From Ancylonema sp. (lineage: Eukaryota): a DNA stretch of 64,000 bases. The notes under the pieces are model-generated. The model was not told the DNA's origin. It worked only from the letters and a program-made list of their open reading frames with translations, and ran no database searches. The stretch spans positions 62,001 through 126,000 of the forward strand of contig JBFLGF010000007.1 in the NCBI GenBank assembly GCA_050230475.1. Reading direction: 5' to 3'. This document shows, one piece after another, positions 13,192-24,768 of this stretch. Made by a program: the position numbers and the translations under genes. Numbering within the stretch: position 1 is the stretch's first letter; every line of letters begins with the position of its first letter.

Positions 13192-16100
13192 ATGTCGTGG
13201 AGAGGAAGCGATGGAAATCTGCGGTCGCGGTGGAGTTCGGAATCAGACTTCCAGCGTCTTCAGGAATCTTTGAAACGAGGGTCGTCTAACAGTGTGGACC
13301 AAAGCACAGAAAGGGAGAGTTCTGCAAAGAAATTCTGCCAGCAGCAAACCTCTGGCGGATACCCCCCAATTGATAGCCATGACGGCTCCGTCTCACCATC
13401 TGAGCGCGCGTGGACTGACCTGCCTATGGATATTGCTGCCGCTATTTTTTCCAAGTTGCCAGTCGAGACGCGACTATTCGTTCTCCCGTCTGTTTGCCGC
13501 GCATGGCAATCAGCTGCAAGGTGAGTTCATAGTTGCTGAGAAGATTCCATCTGTGCCCTGAATTCCGCGTCTAAGTCTGCAAGTTGTCCTTGTGCAGGGT
13601 ACCTACGTGGTTTATTGACGTGGACGCGGACGAGTGGAGCCAGGACTTCACACTCTATGCAACCCTTGACTGTCGTCCGGGGCCCGAGGTGAGCGCCAGT
13701 CGGAGTGGAGTTCAATTCGCTCATGAAAGCGGCGACGACAGGGCTTGGCTTGTCGCTCGCGGCTTGTTAGTTTTTTCTTTGGCTACTTACCTTCATTACT
13801 ATCCTTTCTCTCTTTGTTTTGTGAAGGCGGTGCAGCAATTGGCGCGAACAGTGCAAGATGGACTTGTCCGCAGGGTGGCCACGCTGGGTGGCAGGAATCT
13901 TTCCTCCTTGAGGGTGCGCCAATGTACGGAGGGGGCGCTTCACCTCCTCAGTCTGTCGTGTCCGAATCTTCGAAAGCTGGAGCTTCCTGACTTGCGGGGC
14001 CCGTTCAATGACGAATTGATCCGTGCCTTGCTCAATTTCCCCCGTCTTCAGTGTCTCAGTCTTCAGGTGGGATTGCATTCCCGGCGACGCTTGAATTCCC
14101 TACAAAATTTTGCCTCTTCTGTCTATCTTTGAACCTTCTGCCTGACAATTCTTTGGCTCTGTCTGTTCTCCGGCAGCCCTTAGTCCTGCACCCCGTGTGG
14201 ACCAATTCTCCTGTTCTGCACGAGGATGCCCTTTTACAAATTGCCGACTGCTGTCCGCTTCTGGAAGAGGTCGACCTCACGGAATGCCGCGGACTGAAAG
14301 GGACAGGACTTGCTGCAATTGCTCAAAAATGCCGCAAGTTGAAGGCGCTCAATGTGGACAGGTGAGGGAGTGACTCCAGGGATGCATCACAAGGGGTTAG
14401 AGAGGAGGAGGATGTATGTTGGGCGGTGCGTGAAATCAATCAGCGGAATTTGCACTCAAGCTTCCTCATACCTCCCCTCTGCTCGGGTGCTGCAGTTGCC
14501 TGGTTCAGAGGGAGACGAAGATATTTCTGAGGAGCCTTAATTCAGAAACCGCTCAGCTTACTCGTTTGAACATGGACGACTGCGGGGTGGATGAAGGTCA
14601 GTACTGTCGTAGCTGTCTGGGGAATCGTGGACCCGGATATCACCGAATAGGTATTCTGTCAAGGTGCGGGTAGCAGAAATTTTAAGACTGTAGCTGAGAC
14701 TACTCGACGTTTAGTTCTTTGTTTATCCTTTTCAGAAGCACACTCCCATCTTCTAGTTCCGGTCAGTAATGCAAATCAGACAGGGCAACAGTTTTGGCTG
14801 TCCGTAGTAGTAAAGCCGAATGCTGGGTATGTGGGATTATGGAAAATGGAAAAAAAACAGCAGCCGCGGCGGGAAGAGGCAACGAAACTCAACTTTGTCG
14901 TCCCCTCTTCCTCTCAGAGGGTCTGTCGTGCATCGCCCGCCTCCCCCACCTGTCCGACCTCAGCCTCCACCGCAGCAGCTTCCCGGAAGCACTCAGTAAG
15001 GTGAGCAGCACCACCATCTTCCTTTCGATGCCTCTTCTTCTTCTTCTTCTCGGAGACCCCCGGATCTAACGGGCAGAGTGGCATGCGGTGTGCCAGGTGG
15101 CGGCTTCTTTCAAGAACCTGGTGCAGGTCGACTTGTCCGACAACCCCTGGGTGGGCGACGAGGACATCGCCGCCCTGGCCAGGGCCGCCCCGCGCCTGAG
15201 TCGAGTGGACGTCAGCAGTTCGGCCATCACGGATGCGACCCTGGTGGCCCTGGGGCGATATTGCAGGTACAAGGCACAACCACAACCCTGGCAGCTTCTG
15301 CTCGACCTATAGGGGTGGAATCCGGTTACGAACAGTTATCAAGTGGCATCCTGCAGGGAGCTGCGTGCGGTTCATGCGGACTACACCATCGTGAGCGACC
15401 AGGGCGTGGCTGCCCTGGTCGCTGGGTGCCGGGGACTCACGGGACTGAGCCTGAAGAGGACGCGCCTCACTGACGAGTCCCTGCCTCTCATCGCCAGGAG
15501 CTGCCCCAACCTCACCCGGCTGGCGTGTGCTGGCCAACGGACCAGCCCGTGGACGAGCGCCACGTCCTCCAACGTTCTCTCGATCCTTGTCAGCAACTGC
15601 CCCAAGCTGTCGGGCATAGGACTCTCCCTGGTGGACCTACGGGCAGACCCGGATGCTGGGGAGGAGGGGGAGGATGGCCGCGAGTACAGGGGGGGGGAAA
15701 TGGACGGGGGGGGGGCACCGTCCGTGAGGGCGATGCTGGAGAGTTTAGCGCCGATTGGGCCCGAGCTTGTGGATGTGAGGTTTGACGGGCCAGAGGGGGC
15801 GGAGTTTGGAGACATGAACGAGGCTCTGGTGGAGTGGGCGAGGGACTGTCCGAATCTGCGCATGCTGGACCTGAACCATTTGAAGTAAGTGGGCAGCAGA
15901 TGGCAGATCTGTATATTGGTGGAGTGGAGATGGGAAGGAAGAGACTGATGGGAGCAAACGCTTGCTGGGTGGCAGGAATTTGAGCGACGCCACCATGGCA
16001 ACCATCGCTGGGTTGTGTCCGCAGTTGGAACAAGTCGGTTTTGCGTGGTGTGATTCCATCACCAATGCTGCGCTCGTGGCGCTGGCCACGCAGTGCCGCC

Positions 16101-16225
16101 ACATGAGGATTGTGGAGATATGCGTGTGCAGGAAAGTGACACAGGATGCATTCACGGAAATCAGCAGGACAAGGACTGATCTGCAGGTAAAGAGAGGAGC
16201 GCTGTACATGCTCTTATGTTTCTGA
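13192..16225 (+). CDS. F-box/LRR (FBXL-type) protein, multi-exon; start and last exon uncertain
   Basis: F-box WTDLPMDIAAAIFSKLPVETRLFVLPSVCRAW followed by cysteine-containing LRRs (CPNLRKLEL, CPLLEEVDLTEC, CRELRAVHADYT, CPNLTRLAC, CPQLEQVGFAWCDSITN). GT-AG introns. Confidence 0.85.
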
Positions 16226-17537
16226 GCCAGGATCAAACTCGAATTTTCATCATATCTGTATTATTTATACGTTATCGTATCCATATCGTTTTTTGTGAGG
16301 TGTCCCAGTCTTTCTACTCAAAATAAAAATCTCAATTTTTTCAGGTTGTGCTGATGAATAATTATATGAACGGATCTGCAGGACATGCATACCTTCAGTA
16401 TCCTGACCAGCTCCTCTTTCTGATTTGCAGGTCCTTTCGGCCCACAATGTCGTGTTTCGAATCTTGCGAAACACGGACTAGGATGTCGGAAGGTTGTGGT
16501 CATTCTTGTGTAGATAAAGAGGTGTGCATGCGTGCTTCACAAACATGTGGTTTCAAAAAATGGATCGAAATGGTTTCGTGTCACTTCCGCAGTGACTGAT
16601 GGCGACGTTGTCATCCTGTACAAAAAAATGGGAAATGTGTTGTAGGTCCTGTTGGTGTGTGGTTTGGCGTGCTGAGGCTTTGGTGTGTGATTTTTCTGCT
16701 CAACACTTCAGCAGAATGGTATATTGTGTTAGTTGGTTTTGTACATAGAAAAGGTTTTCTAGATATTAACTTTTGAAGTTGTAGCTCTCAGCCTTAAGTG
16801 TCCTTCAGTTATAGCTCCAATAAGGCCAGGCCAGAAACTATGGAGTCTTTGTAAACTTCTCGTTACGTAGACCTAGAATGTTGTAATTGTAAGTTAGAAA
16901 GTGCGAAGGTTATGTTGTTTTCCACGAATGTGTAAAAAATGCCTTTCTTTTGCAAATTAGATCATACTGATCTTGATCGTATCTATTTTTCTGATGGCTG
17001 TGAAGAGGGACGTACATCCATGGTTCAATTGCGCGAACACATGCCTTCCAGTGTCGATACATACTTTTGAGCAGGGTAAAGCTGCAGGTACAGAATAGGT
17101 TGTGGATTCCTCGTTTGCTCTACTGCCAACCAATTTCAAGTAACCAGAAAAAAGTGCCGAAGTCACCAAAAGCATATTGTATTAGCCAAAGATGATGCCC
17201 GGAAAATAATTCCAAAGAGGAAGAAATTAGGTTATGAAAGGTGGGTCACTCTACATGTGGGTCAACAGATGATAACTGAAAGTCAGGAATATGGTGGGCG
17301 GGTGGGTTATCTGGTGGGTCAACCACAGTAATTGATTGTTTTTTATCGAACGGGGGTCATGATCTCTGACCAGTAACGTACTCTGAATGGTATTTGCAAG
17401 CTTGCCTTACCGGCAGGCTGAAAAATTATAGACAGGTGTGCATCCAGCTAACCATCTAATCACCCACGGTGTTACCCTCTTTAAAGAAAGAATTGGGCAT
17501 GATAAAGCTATTTACAGCCAGCAGTTCGGTCCCTCAA

Positions 17538-18044
17538 CTACTCTTCATTCATTCGGTGCAATTCACCCCTCAGTTGTTCCATTTTCAAACCCATTGACCG
17601 TTGCAGCTGGCCCCTCTCGTCGTCACTCAACCTACTTTTTAAGTTCTCAAATCTGTCTATCACTTTCTCCACGGCATGCCTAGCTGTCTCCGCCTCTTCA
17701 TTGAAATACACAGTCTCCTTGGACTCAAATGCCAATTCAATCTCCTCTCGAGCTTCTGAGAAATCACGATTGATTTCATCTATTTCAGTGCGAAGTGCCT
17801 CGCCGGAAATGTCAGTTGTTTTTGACAGCCTTCGGTGCTGGACTAGTGAATGTAAACATAACGGATTCTCGGGCGGAATCCTGGTGTGATACACCTGTTT
17901 GACATGGATGCTGCTGCAGGCTGGTTTTGGTCCGAAAAATCTAGGGGAAAACAGCGAACGAGCTTTCTGCTCGGTTTCGGGTCCCCTGACCTTCAAGCCT
18001 CTCACTAAACCAACAGCGGCGCCAACCACTAGTCTCGAGTACAT
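17538..18044 (-). CDS. Intronless embryogenesis-like protein with probable mitochondrial presequence
   Basis: Conserved plant C-terminal block EIDEINRDFSEAREEIELAFESKETVYFNEEAE...LQRSMGLKMEQL. Arg/Ser-rich N-terminus. Confidence 0.8.
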   Translation of the reverse strand: MYSRLVVGAAVGLVRGLKVRGPETEQKARSLFSPRFFGPKPACSSIHVKQVYHTRIPPENPLCLHSLVQHRRLSKTTDISGEALRTEIDEINRDFSEAREEIELAFESKETVYFNEEAETARHAVEKVIDRFENLKSRLSDDERGQLQRSMGLKMEQLRGELHRMNEE

Positions 18045-19539
18045 CGACGCAGCGCTCTATGGAGACGCCGAAGTCGGTAAGTCAGATGGAAGGAAACGCG
18101 CGCAATAATAACAGGTGGTCTCCTGTGGTCTACCGGTCTCGAGGGGCACCGGCTTCACAGAGCAGGGCTCGAGTACATCCTTCTGCAATAGCTTCACTAT
18201 CGACTCCAGATTGTCGAGACGCGGTACACCGTTTCCTGGCAGGGGTCTCTCAGAGAACGTGTCAGGTCTGTCGGGAGAAAGACGCAACACCACGGAACTG
18301 CCACCTGCGATGTGGGTCCTGATTCACTCCTCAGTCACTCCTAATCACGTGTGACCCTGCAGGGTCCCTTCTAAAACTTCGGCGCGAAACACCGACGCTG
18401 AACCCGAAACCTGTGCACGATCGATTCGTCACTCGTTCTGTTCGTTTTTGTCGGGTGAACTTCACTCGCTGAAGTGGCGTAGCTCCTTCTGTCGTCTTCC
18501 AAACCATCTTTCTTGCTCCTAGCGTCGTTTCTTGCCCTCGCCTCCTGAGATTGGTGCCGTACTTTGGTTGAGACCCGTTAGAAGTGAAGCACAATCGGCG
18601 TCAATCAAACTGTAGTTTGTCAGACTGCGAGTACACCAAGTTGACCAGCAATGCCTGATGACGAACTCGCAGAGCAATCACCCGGAGAGCGGGCGGAGGA
18701 AACGGTACTTACGAAGGATAGGGCCCTCTGTTCTGAAGTTCAGAAGATTGTAAATACAGAGGGGTCAAATAAGACTACGACCTGGCACTGCAAAAACTGG
18801 TGAGACACCGTTGCACAATACAGTATTGTCGTTGCGATCGCGATAATGGTGCACGTATGTGCGCGCTGGCCTCTGAGTTGCTTTCGTAGCGACAGGCAGA
18901 GACATTATTTGCAGCATGTCTTCAACCAGAGCTTTCGCTGCCGGCAATCGCATAAGAAAGCGAAAATATATAGGTCATGAATACACGCGTCCATGCGTAA
19001 TTGCAAACACTGCGTGTGTGTATGAATATGTGAATGAACGCATGAGTCGATAACCTATCTCCAAGTTTCGTCGACATGACACTACAGAACATAATGATGA
19101 CGTCACATTCCCAGGGACGATTGGCTGCGCCCGATTCGAAAGACTGATAATTGTGCGGAGGGTCTGGAAAAATGATGATGGCGTCAGCTCGTAAGAAATG
19201 ACAACCGTCAGATATGCAGTCTTACAACCTTGGTCTCGATACAAGCCTCGTGGTGTCTTTTTGCCGGACAAAATGGAGCTGGTTTTCTTTCTTCTTGTGG
19301 CAAAAACCTGCAGTAACTCAATCTTTTCGACGACGAAAGAGGAACGCAAGCATGCCTATTGGACAAACGTCTGGTTGCGGAAAAAAGCTGCTCTTGTGGA
19401 AGGAAAGACAGAACCGGCAAAATCTAGTGAGCACTCTTGACTTCTGGGTGGAGTTGCCAGTCATAAACGCACATCAATACTGCCTACTCTGACTCAATAG
19501 TTTGACACCGGATTTGGAGATTGTGGTGCAGATGACAAT

Positions 19540-20280
19540 GTGCTGGAAACATTTGCTGGTTCCTGTGCTTTTTTGCTTTCCCCCTCAAACAACCACCCCG
19601 TGTTTCTGGCCACTTTCACCCCTGCAGCCAAGAAGCGAAAAGTAGAGGTCGCTGTTTCCGAAAGCGTGAGTCCCGTGGAAGCAGACGACGGTAGTCGCCC
19701 AAAGAAAGTGCATCGAGGGAGGAGGGGGGGGGTGATGCATCCCAAAATGGGCCCTTGCCGGAACTGGGCGAAGGGCAAGTGCCTGAGGGGTGTGAGGTGC
19801 AAATTCACGCATGAAGCGATTGAAAACGGTGAAGTGAAGGGAGAAGCAGTCTCTAGGGTGGACAGGCTAAAGAACAGAGTAGGGGGCCGTGAAGCAGGGG
19901 GGACTGGTGGCGAATGTGGAGAGGGCAGGAATGGAGATGATTTGCTTCTGGCCGGGCATGAGGGGGGCAAAAGTCGTAGCGTCCAAAAGAAGAAGGGGCT
20001 GGCAAGTAGTGTTAGAAAACGTACGCAGGGTGAGGCAGCTCCGCCCTTGTCTTCAGAAAAGGAGGGGAAAACGGTGAAGGTCAAGAAGAGAAAGATGGCC
20101 ATCGCTTCCTCTGAACGAGTGAGTGAGGTGGAGATTAAAAAGGAGCTGGAGAGTGATGGAGGAGAAACACCGGGAAGGAATAGTGCCCCTTCACTTATGT
20201 TGAATGGAATTGGGAAGAAGCCGAAATCCAAGGTTGGGAAGGGGAAAGTAGTAGATGAAAAACCTTTGATATTGTTATAG
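19540..20280 (+). CDS. Lys-rich ORF with a single CCCH zinc finger; 5' end unresolved, possibly a pseudogene
   Basis: CRNWAKGKCLRGVRCKFTH fits C-x7-C-x5-C-x3-H. NLS-like PAAKKRK and KVKKRK. Confidence 0.55.
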   Translation: MLETFAGSCAFLLSPSNNHPVFLATFTPAAKKRKVEVAVSESVSPVEADDGSRPKKVHRGRRGGVMHPKMGPCRNWAKGKCLRGVRCKFTHEAIENGEVKGEAVSRVDRLKNRVGGREAGGTGGECGEGRNGDDLLLAGHEGGKSRSVQKKKGLASSVRKRTQGEAAPPLSSEKEGKTVKVKKRKMAIASSERVSEVEIKKELESDGGETPGRNSAPSLMLNGIGKKPKSKVGKGKVVDEKPLILL

Positions 20281-20644
20281 CTTGTAGGGCATTGGAGGGT
20301 TCGTATTGGTGCACAATTACACAAGTTTTGCTTTGGGCAAAGCGATGAGGCATTGTCACACTATTATTATATAGTGCCTCTAATGTCGAGTTTTTTTTTT
20401 TTTTTTTTTTTAAATAATAAAAAATAATTGCATTTTTGTGAATAGCTTAAAAGCAAGTTGATCCACTCGTAGACAAGTGACCTTGAATTTTCGATCCGGC
20501 TCTAATCCGGATCGGGCATCGGGATAGATCCGGCCCAATTATGCATTTCAAACTTGTGAAGAGGTATATGATAAAAAAGTCCACATTTACGTCCAATATG
20601 CAAGGAGTGATTCATCTCTACTCTTGGTCCCTCTAGTATCCCGT

Positions 20645-23638
20645 TCATATCACTCGTATAGCATCATGTGATATGTCCAACGTGTGTGTCAAATCACTAA
20701 CGCGGAATGTGTAAGAACCTGACACAATATGTTGCCGTCCTGCTTTGTCGGCAGATTTTAGTGCATGCCAAAGAGAAAACCGAAATATAATTTTTGTGGT
20801 CTCATAGGTATCTACTTCGATCCTCTTAAAGTCAACTAGATGTTGTAGGGGTTGTCCCCCCGTGCCTCCAGCTCCCGGTGGATGCACAAACAACAACACT
20901 GTGTGATGCCCACGTCTCTCACCCGTGTTTTGCAGTGTCACCTCAAATGTGATGGTCTCTCGACATCTCCCTTTTGAATTTGACATTCCACACAACCTCC
21001 CATGACCCTCCCCCGTATAGAGCAACAGAGCACGTGGCCCTAGCAAGTTGTTGTAAGCGAAGGTTGTGAAGCTAAGTCCATACCCAAACGGGAACAAGAC
21101 TTGGCCTGTATAGAATCTGTGTGTTCGTCCCGGGTATTGGGACCTAAGATCAGACCTCATCCGCATATCCGTCATCGCCACCACATTGGCAAAGTGAGAC
21201 GGATACCAAGTGACTGGCAACCGCCCACCTGCAAGCACACATTCCATATAAAGCCTTCCTTTAATGATTGCCTCTCTCCCTTACCCATATCAACCCAAAT
21301 GGGACACGTGCTCACTCGGATTGAAGTCTCCGAAGAGGATTTGCGCAAAGGCTTCCCCACCCGCTTGCCCCGGATAACCGATCCACAATATCGCCCCCAC
21401 ACTGCTCCCCCGAAGAGCATCAAAAACATCCACGGGCCCCCCGCAAAGCAAAACCAGAATGATAGGCCCAACTGCGCTCCTGGCAATGCGCCTTAGTAGC
21501 AGAGGTTGGTGGCCGGGCAACTTGAGTGACGTCCTATTGTTGGCTTCGTTCTCCTCGCCCGTGTTCAAACCGAGGAGCAAAATGGTGACATCCGCAACTC
21601 GGGCGGCAGCAACAGCTGGCTTGATGAGAGACTTGGATCGACATGCCACATCAGCGCAACCGGGCTCGAAAATCGTTTTCACGCGAGTACCGATGGCGAC
21701 CAGAGGTGTGGAGACGGAGCACGGAAGACCTGCACACAACAAACTCAGTCCACGTACGTCCACGGAATATAGAGTACTCTTCTTTGCTCAACACCTGCGT
21801 AGTTTCCAAGAAGGTCCGCCGTGGAGTTGCCATGGGGTCCGATGACGGCAATGCTAAGACCCCCCCCCTTCCGCAGTGGTAACACTCCCCCCTCGTTTTT
21901 CAAAAGAACCGCCCCTTGTAGCGCTGCTTCCAAAGCCAAAGCCGCATGAGTTAGCCCCTCCTCCTCCTCCTCCTTCTCCTCCGGAAACATGCCGTATCCA
22001 TCAAACATTCCGAGCCGCATCCTCACACTAAACAAGTTCGTAAGTGCCTTATCGAGGTCCGAGGGAGAAACCCGCCCTTGAGCCACCGCGTGCTCCCCCC
22101 ACCACTCGGCCGTCACTCCGCAGTCTAAATCCACGCCGGCTGTCAATGCGTCCGCGAGAGCTTGCTCCTTGGAGGCGGAGTAGTTGTGGAACTCCATCAA
22201 GCCGGCAATGGCGCCGCAATCCGATGTCACGTACCTGCCAACCACCCTCTTCCCTTTCCCAACTCAACATCATGTTCAAATTCTCACGTTAAGATTTCAC
22301 CCACATGGCCCTCACCCGTCAAATTTCCACTGCTTGCGAAGGATGTCCGTGAGAAGCTCCCGATTGGCGCAGGAAGGGACTCCATTCACGCTGTTGTAAG
22401 AGCACATGAAGCAAGAGGCCTTCCCTTTCTTGAGACAACTTTGGAAGGGAGGATTAAATGTGTCCGCCAGGTCTTGGGCTGTGACCTGGACCCCGCCATC
22501 AACACACCCAACCTTCAACGTACGGTCCCTTCCCTCCCCATCCCTCCCCAACCTTCCCCGACTCCCACCTGTGCGTCAAAGCCGTCTCGGGTTACGTTCC
22601 CCCAATTCTCCAAGTCGTATGCCGTGAAGTGCTTGCAACAAGCAGAGGCCAGCAGCCGCCCTCCTGGAGTCTCTTGCTCAGTGAGCGCCGAGGTCGGGGG
22701 CTGGGCGCCCTGGAGACCTCGCACAAAATGTTGGGCGTAGCGGGATGCCACCGTTGGGTCTTCACCTGGGGTCTCTTGGCCGCGACCCCATCGGGGATCG
22801 CGGAAGATATTGATGTTGGGTGCCCAGAGGGTGAGGGTGGCGCGACCCACTCGAGCCATGGAGCGCGCCTCGAAGGCGGTCGCCTTTGAAAAGGTGGAAT
22901 GTGGAGTCAAGGGAGGAAGGCGGACATACACGTGTTCATGAACACACCTTGGGGAGCACATTTGAGATGTGAATGTTTGCCAAGTACTATATGAAAATCC
23001 GCGGAAGGGGCAATGCTTACTCTTGCGACCTTGTACCACAACGATTCGTTGAAGGAAGCCACGGATGATATGACTTGCGGAAACACCGTGGCGCATGGGA
23101 ATTGACCCCCAAAATGGACTCCGGGACTTAGAGCGACACCATGGAGGCCTTCGCTCCACCACTCGTACGCGGGAAGGCCCAGACGCGGAACAGAAGAGGC
23201 GTTGTCAGCGAGCTGATGGACCTTCTCCGCCAACGTGAGGCGGGACAAAAGATCTGGCAACGGGAGAGGGAAATTGGAGCAACATTGACGTCAATGATTC
23301 GAAATGCAGAATTTCTGCACATGAAGGCGGAGGGGAAACTTACGAAGCGGCATTGAGATTTCCAAGTCTTTCTTTGTCAAGAGAGTCGGAGTGCAATTTA
23401 TGTTCGGAGAGCATCAGTACACCTGGGCACCCAGAAGGCACAACGGACTGCATGCGACCGAGGGAGAAATTGTACCAGCTACTCGTGCCTTGACTGGAAG
23501 GCCGGTGTCACAGAAATCAAAGGCCCGTGTGGTCGGCTTAGTGGGGTCGCATGCTACCGGAATGGCAGCAGATGGAGATACCGCTGTGACGACGAGGACT
23601 ACAAGGATAGCACGATATTTCAGCACTAGGTGTTTCAT
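20645..23638 (-). CDS. BXL: GH3 beta-D-xylosidase/alpha-L-arabinofuranosidase (plant BXL family), 7 exons, with signal peptide
   Basis: [65 protein letters not shown], nucleophile motif [34 protein letters not shown]. All six introns are GT-AG. Confidence 0.93.
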
Positions 23639-24073
23639 TTTCGGTGAGCAGTGGAACGACCAGGGATTCGAGCGTTGAGGTATGCAACCAACTGAGCCGC
23701 ATGAAGGTTCCTGTCCTTCGCTGTCGCACCAGAAGCAGACCATTGAAGTACGGTCTACGGTTCACGAAGAGCCATTCATTCGGGCTGAGTTCGAGTGGTA
23801 AGGAAACAGGATATGTAGGGAAAACTTAACAGCATGCAGTTTTCCTTAACAGCACGCAGACGTCAAATCCGGTACCGGCTGGCAGTCTGGCCGTTCGAAA
23901 CTTGCCGTCAAATTACCCGGGGGGAAACCTTCACAGCATGCAGTTTTCCTTCTTGGCATGCAGTCGTAAAATGAACCGGGATCCCGATCCCGTTCGTATT
24001 ATCGCGTTTATTTAACCCCACTGCCTGCGCTTACGCAGGCCCTCTCTATATCTGTCTGCTGCTGCTGCTGATG

Positions 24074-24207
24074 CACATACTTTTGTACTATAAACCATCT
24101 GTTAGCTCGCCCTCGGCGTTAAGTAGTGAATTTCACCAGACCGCTGAGACGTGTGATACATATAATATTGATATCTCAGTGGAGACTCAACCTGCAATAC
24201 TACTTCA
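24074..24207 (+). repeat. Repeat A, 3' fragment (left terminal repeat remnant, ends TACTTCA)
   Basis: Near-identical to 42914-43046 (cacatacttttgtacta...gagactcaa.ctgca.tactactt). Confidence 0.9.
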
Positions 24208-24768
24208 ATCCGACCGCGGAAGACCTTAAATTATCGACAATTTAAAATCAAAAAAGGTAAATTGCCTCGATTTTTTTTTTTAAGACAACTTTTATTCCAC
24301 TATTTTGTATTCGATGTGCTCGCAAGAGTAGTGCATGCAGTGGTCACGAGAAAGTAGAGGAAAATTGACTAAACTGGAGATAACTAAATCTACTAAAATT
24401 TTCGATCGACCAGCTGCACCAGCTGTCGACAATACCTGTCCACGATCAGTGGACATTGATATAATTAATATCGAATCACTAGTTGCACCAGCTGTTGCTA
24501 CTTATATTCATACTGATATTGAAAATTAAGCTGCACCAGCTCTCAATATCTCGGCATTCCATCTGCCTAGTACCCTTCTTTATAACGATTCTACAACCCA
24601 AGTATAATTAAAAATTGAACCCAACAAATTGACACGTTCTACATCTGAACCAGAACATTCTTTGGAACGCCTACCTACAGGCTCCATTAACTTGAAACCT
24701 GTTTTGATTATTGACACAGACGACCACATTGTCGACACCACATCACCTGTGGCATTTTCTACGTATCA

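Noticed and set aside
24410..24545. Three AGYTGCACCAGCT motifs as a regulatory array
   Set aside because: Irregular spacing; more simply short repeats in the decayed 5' part of the host gag.
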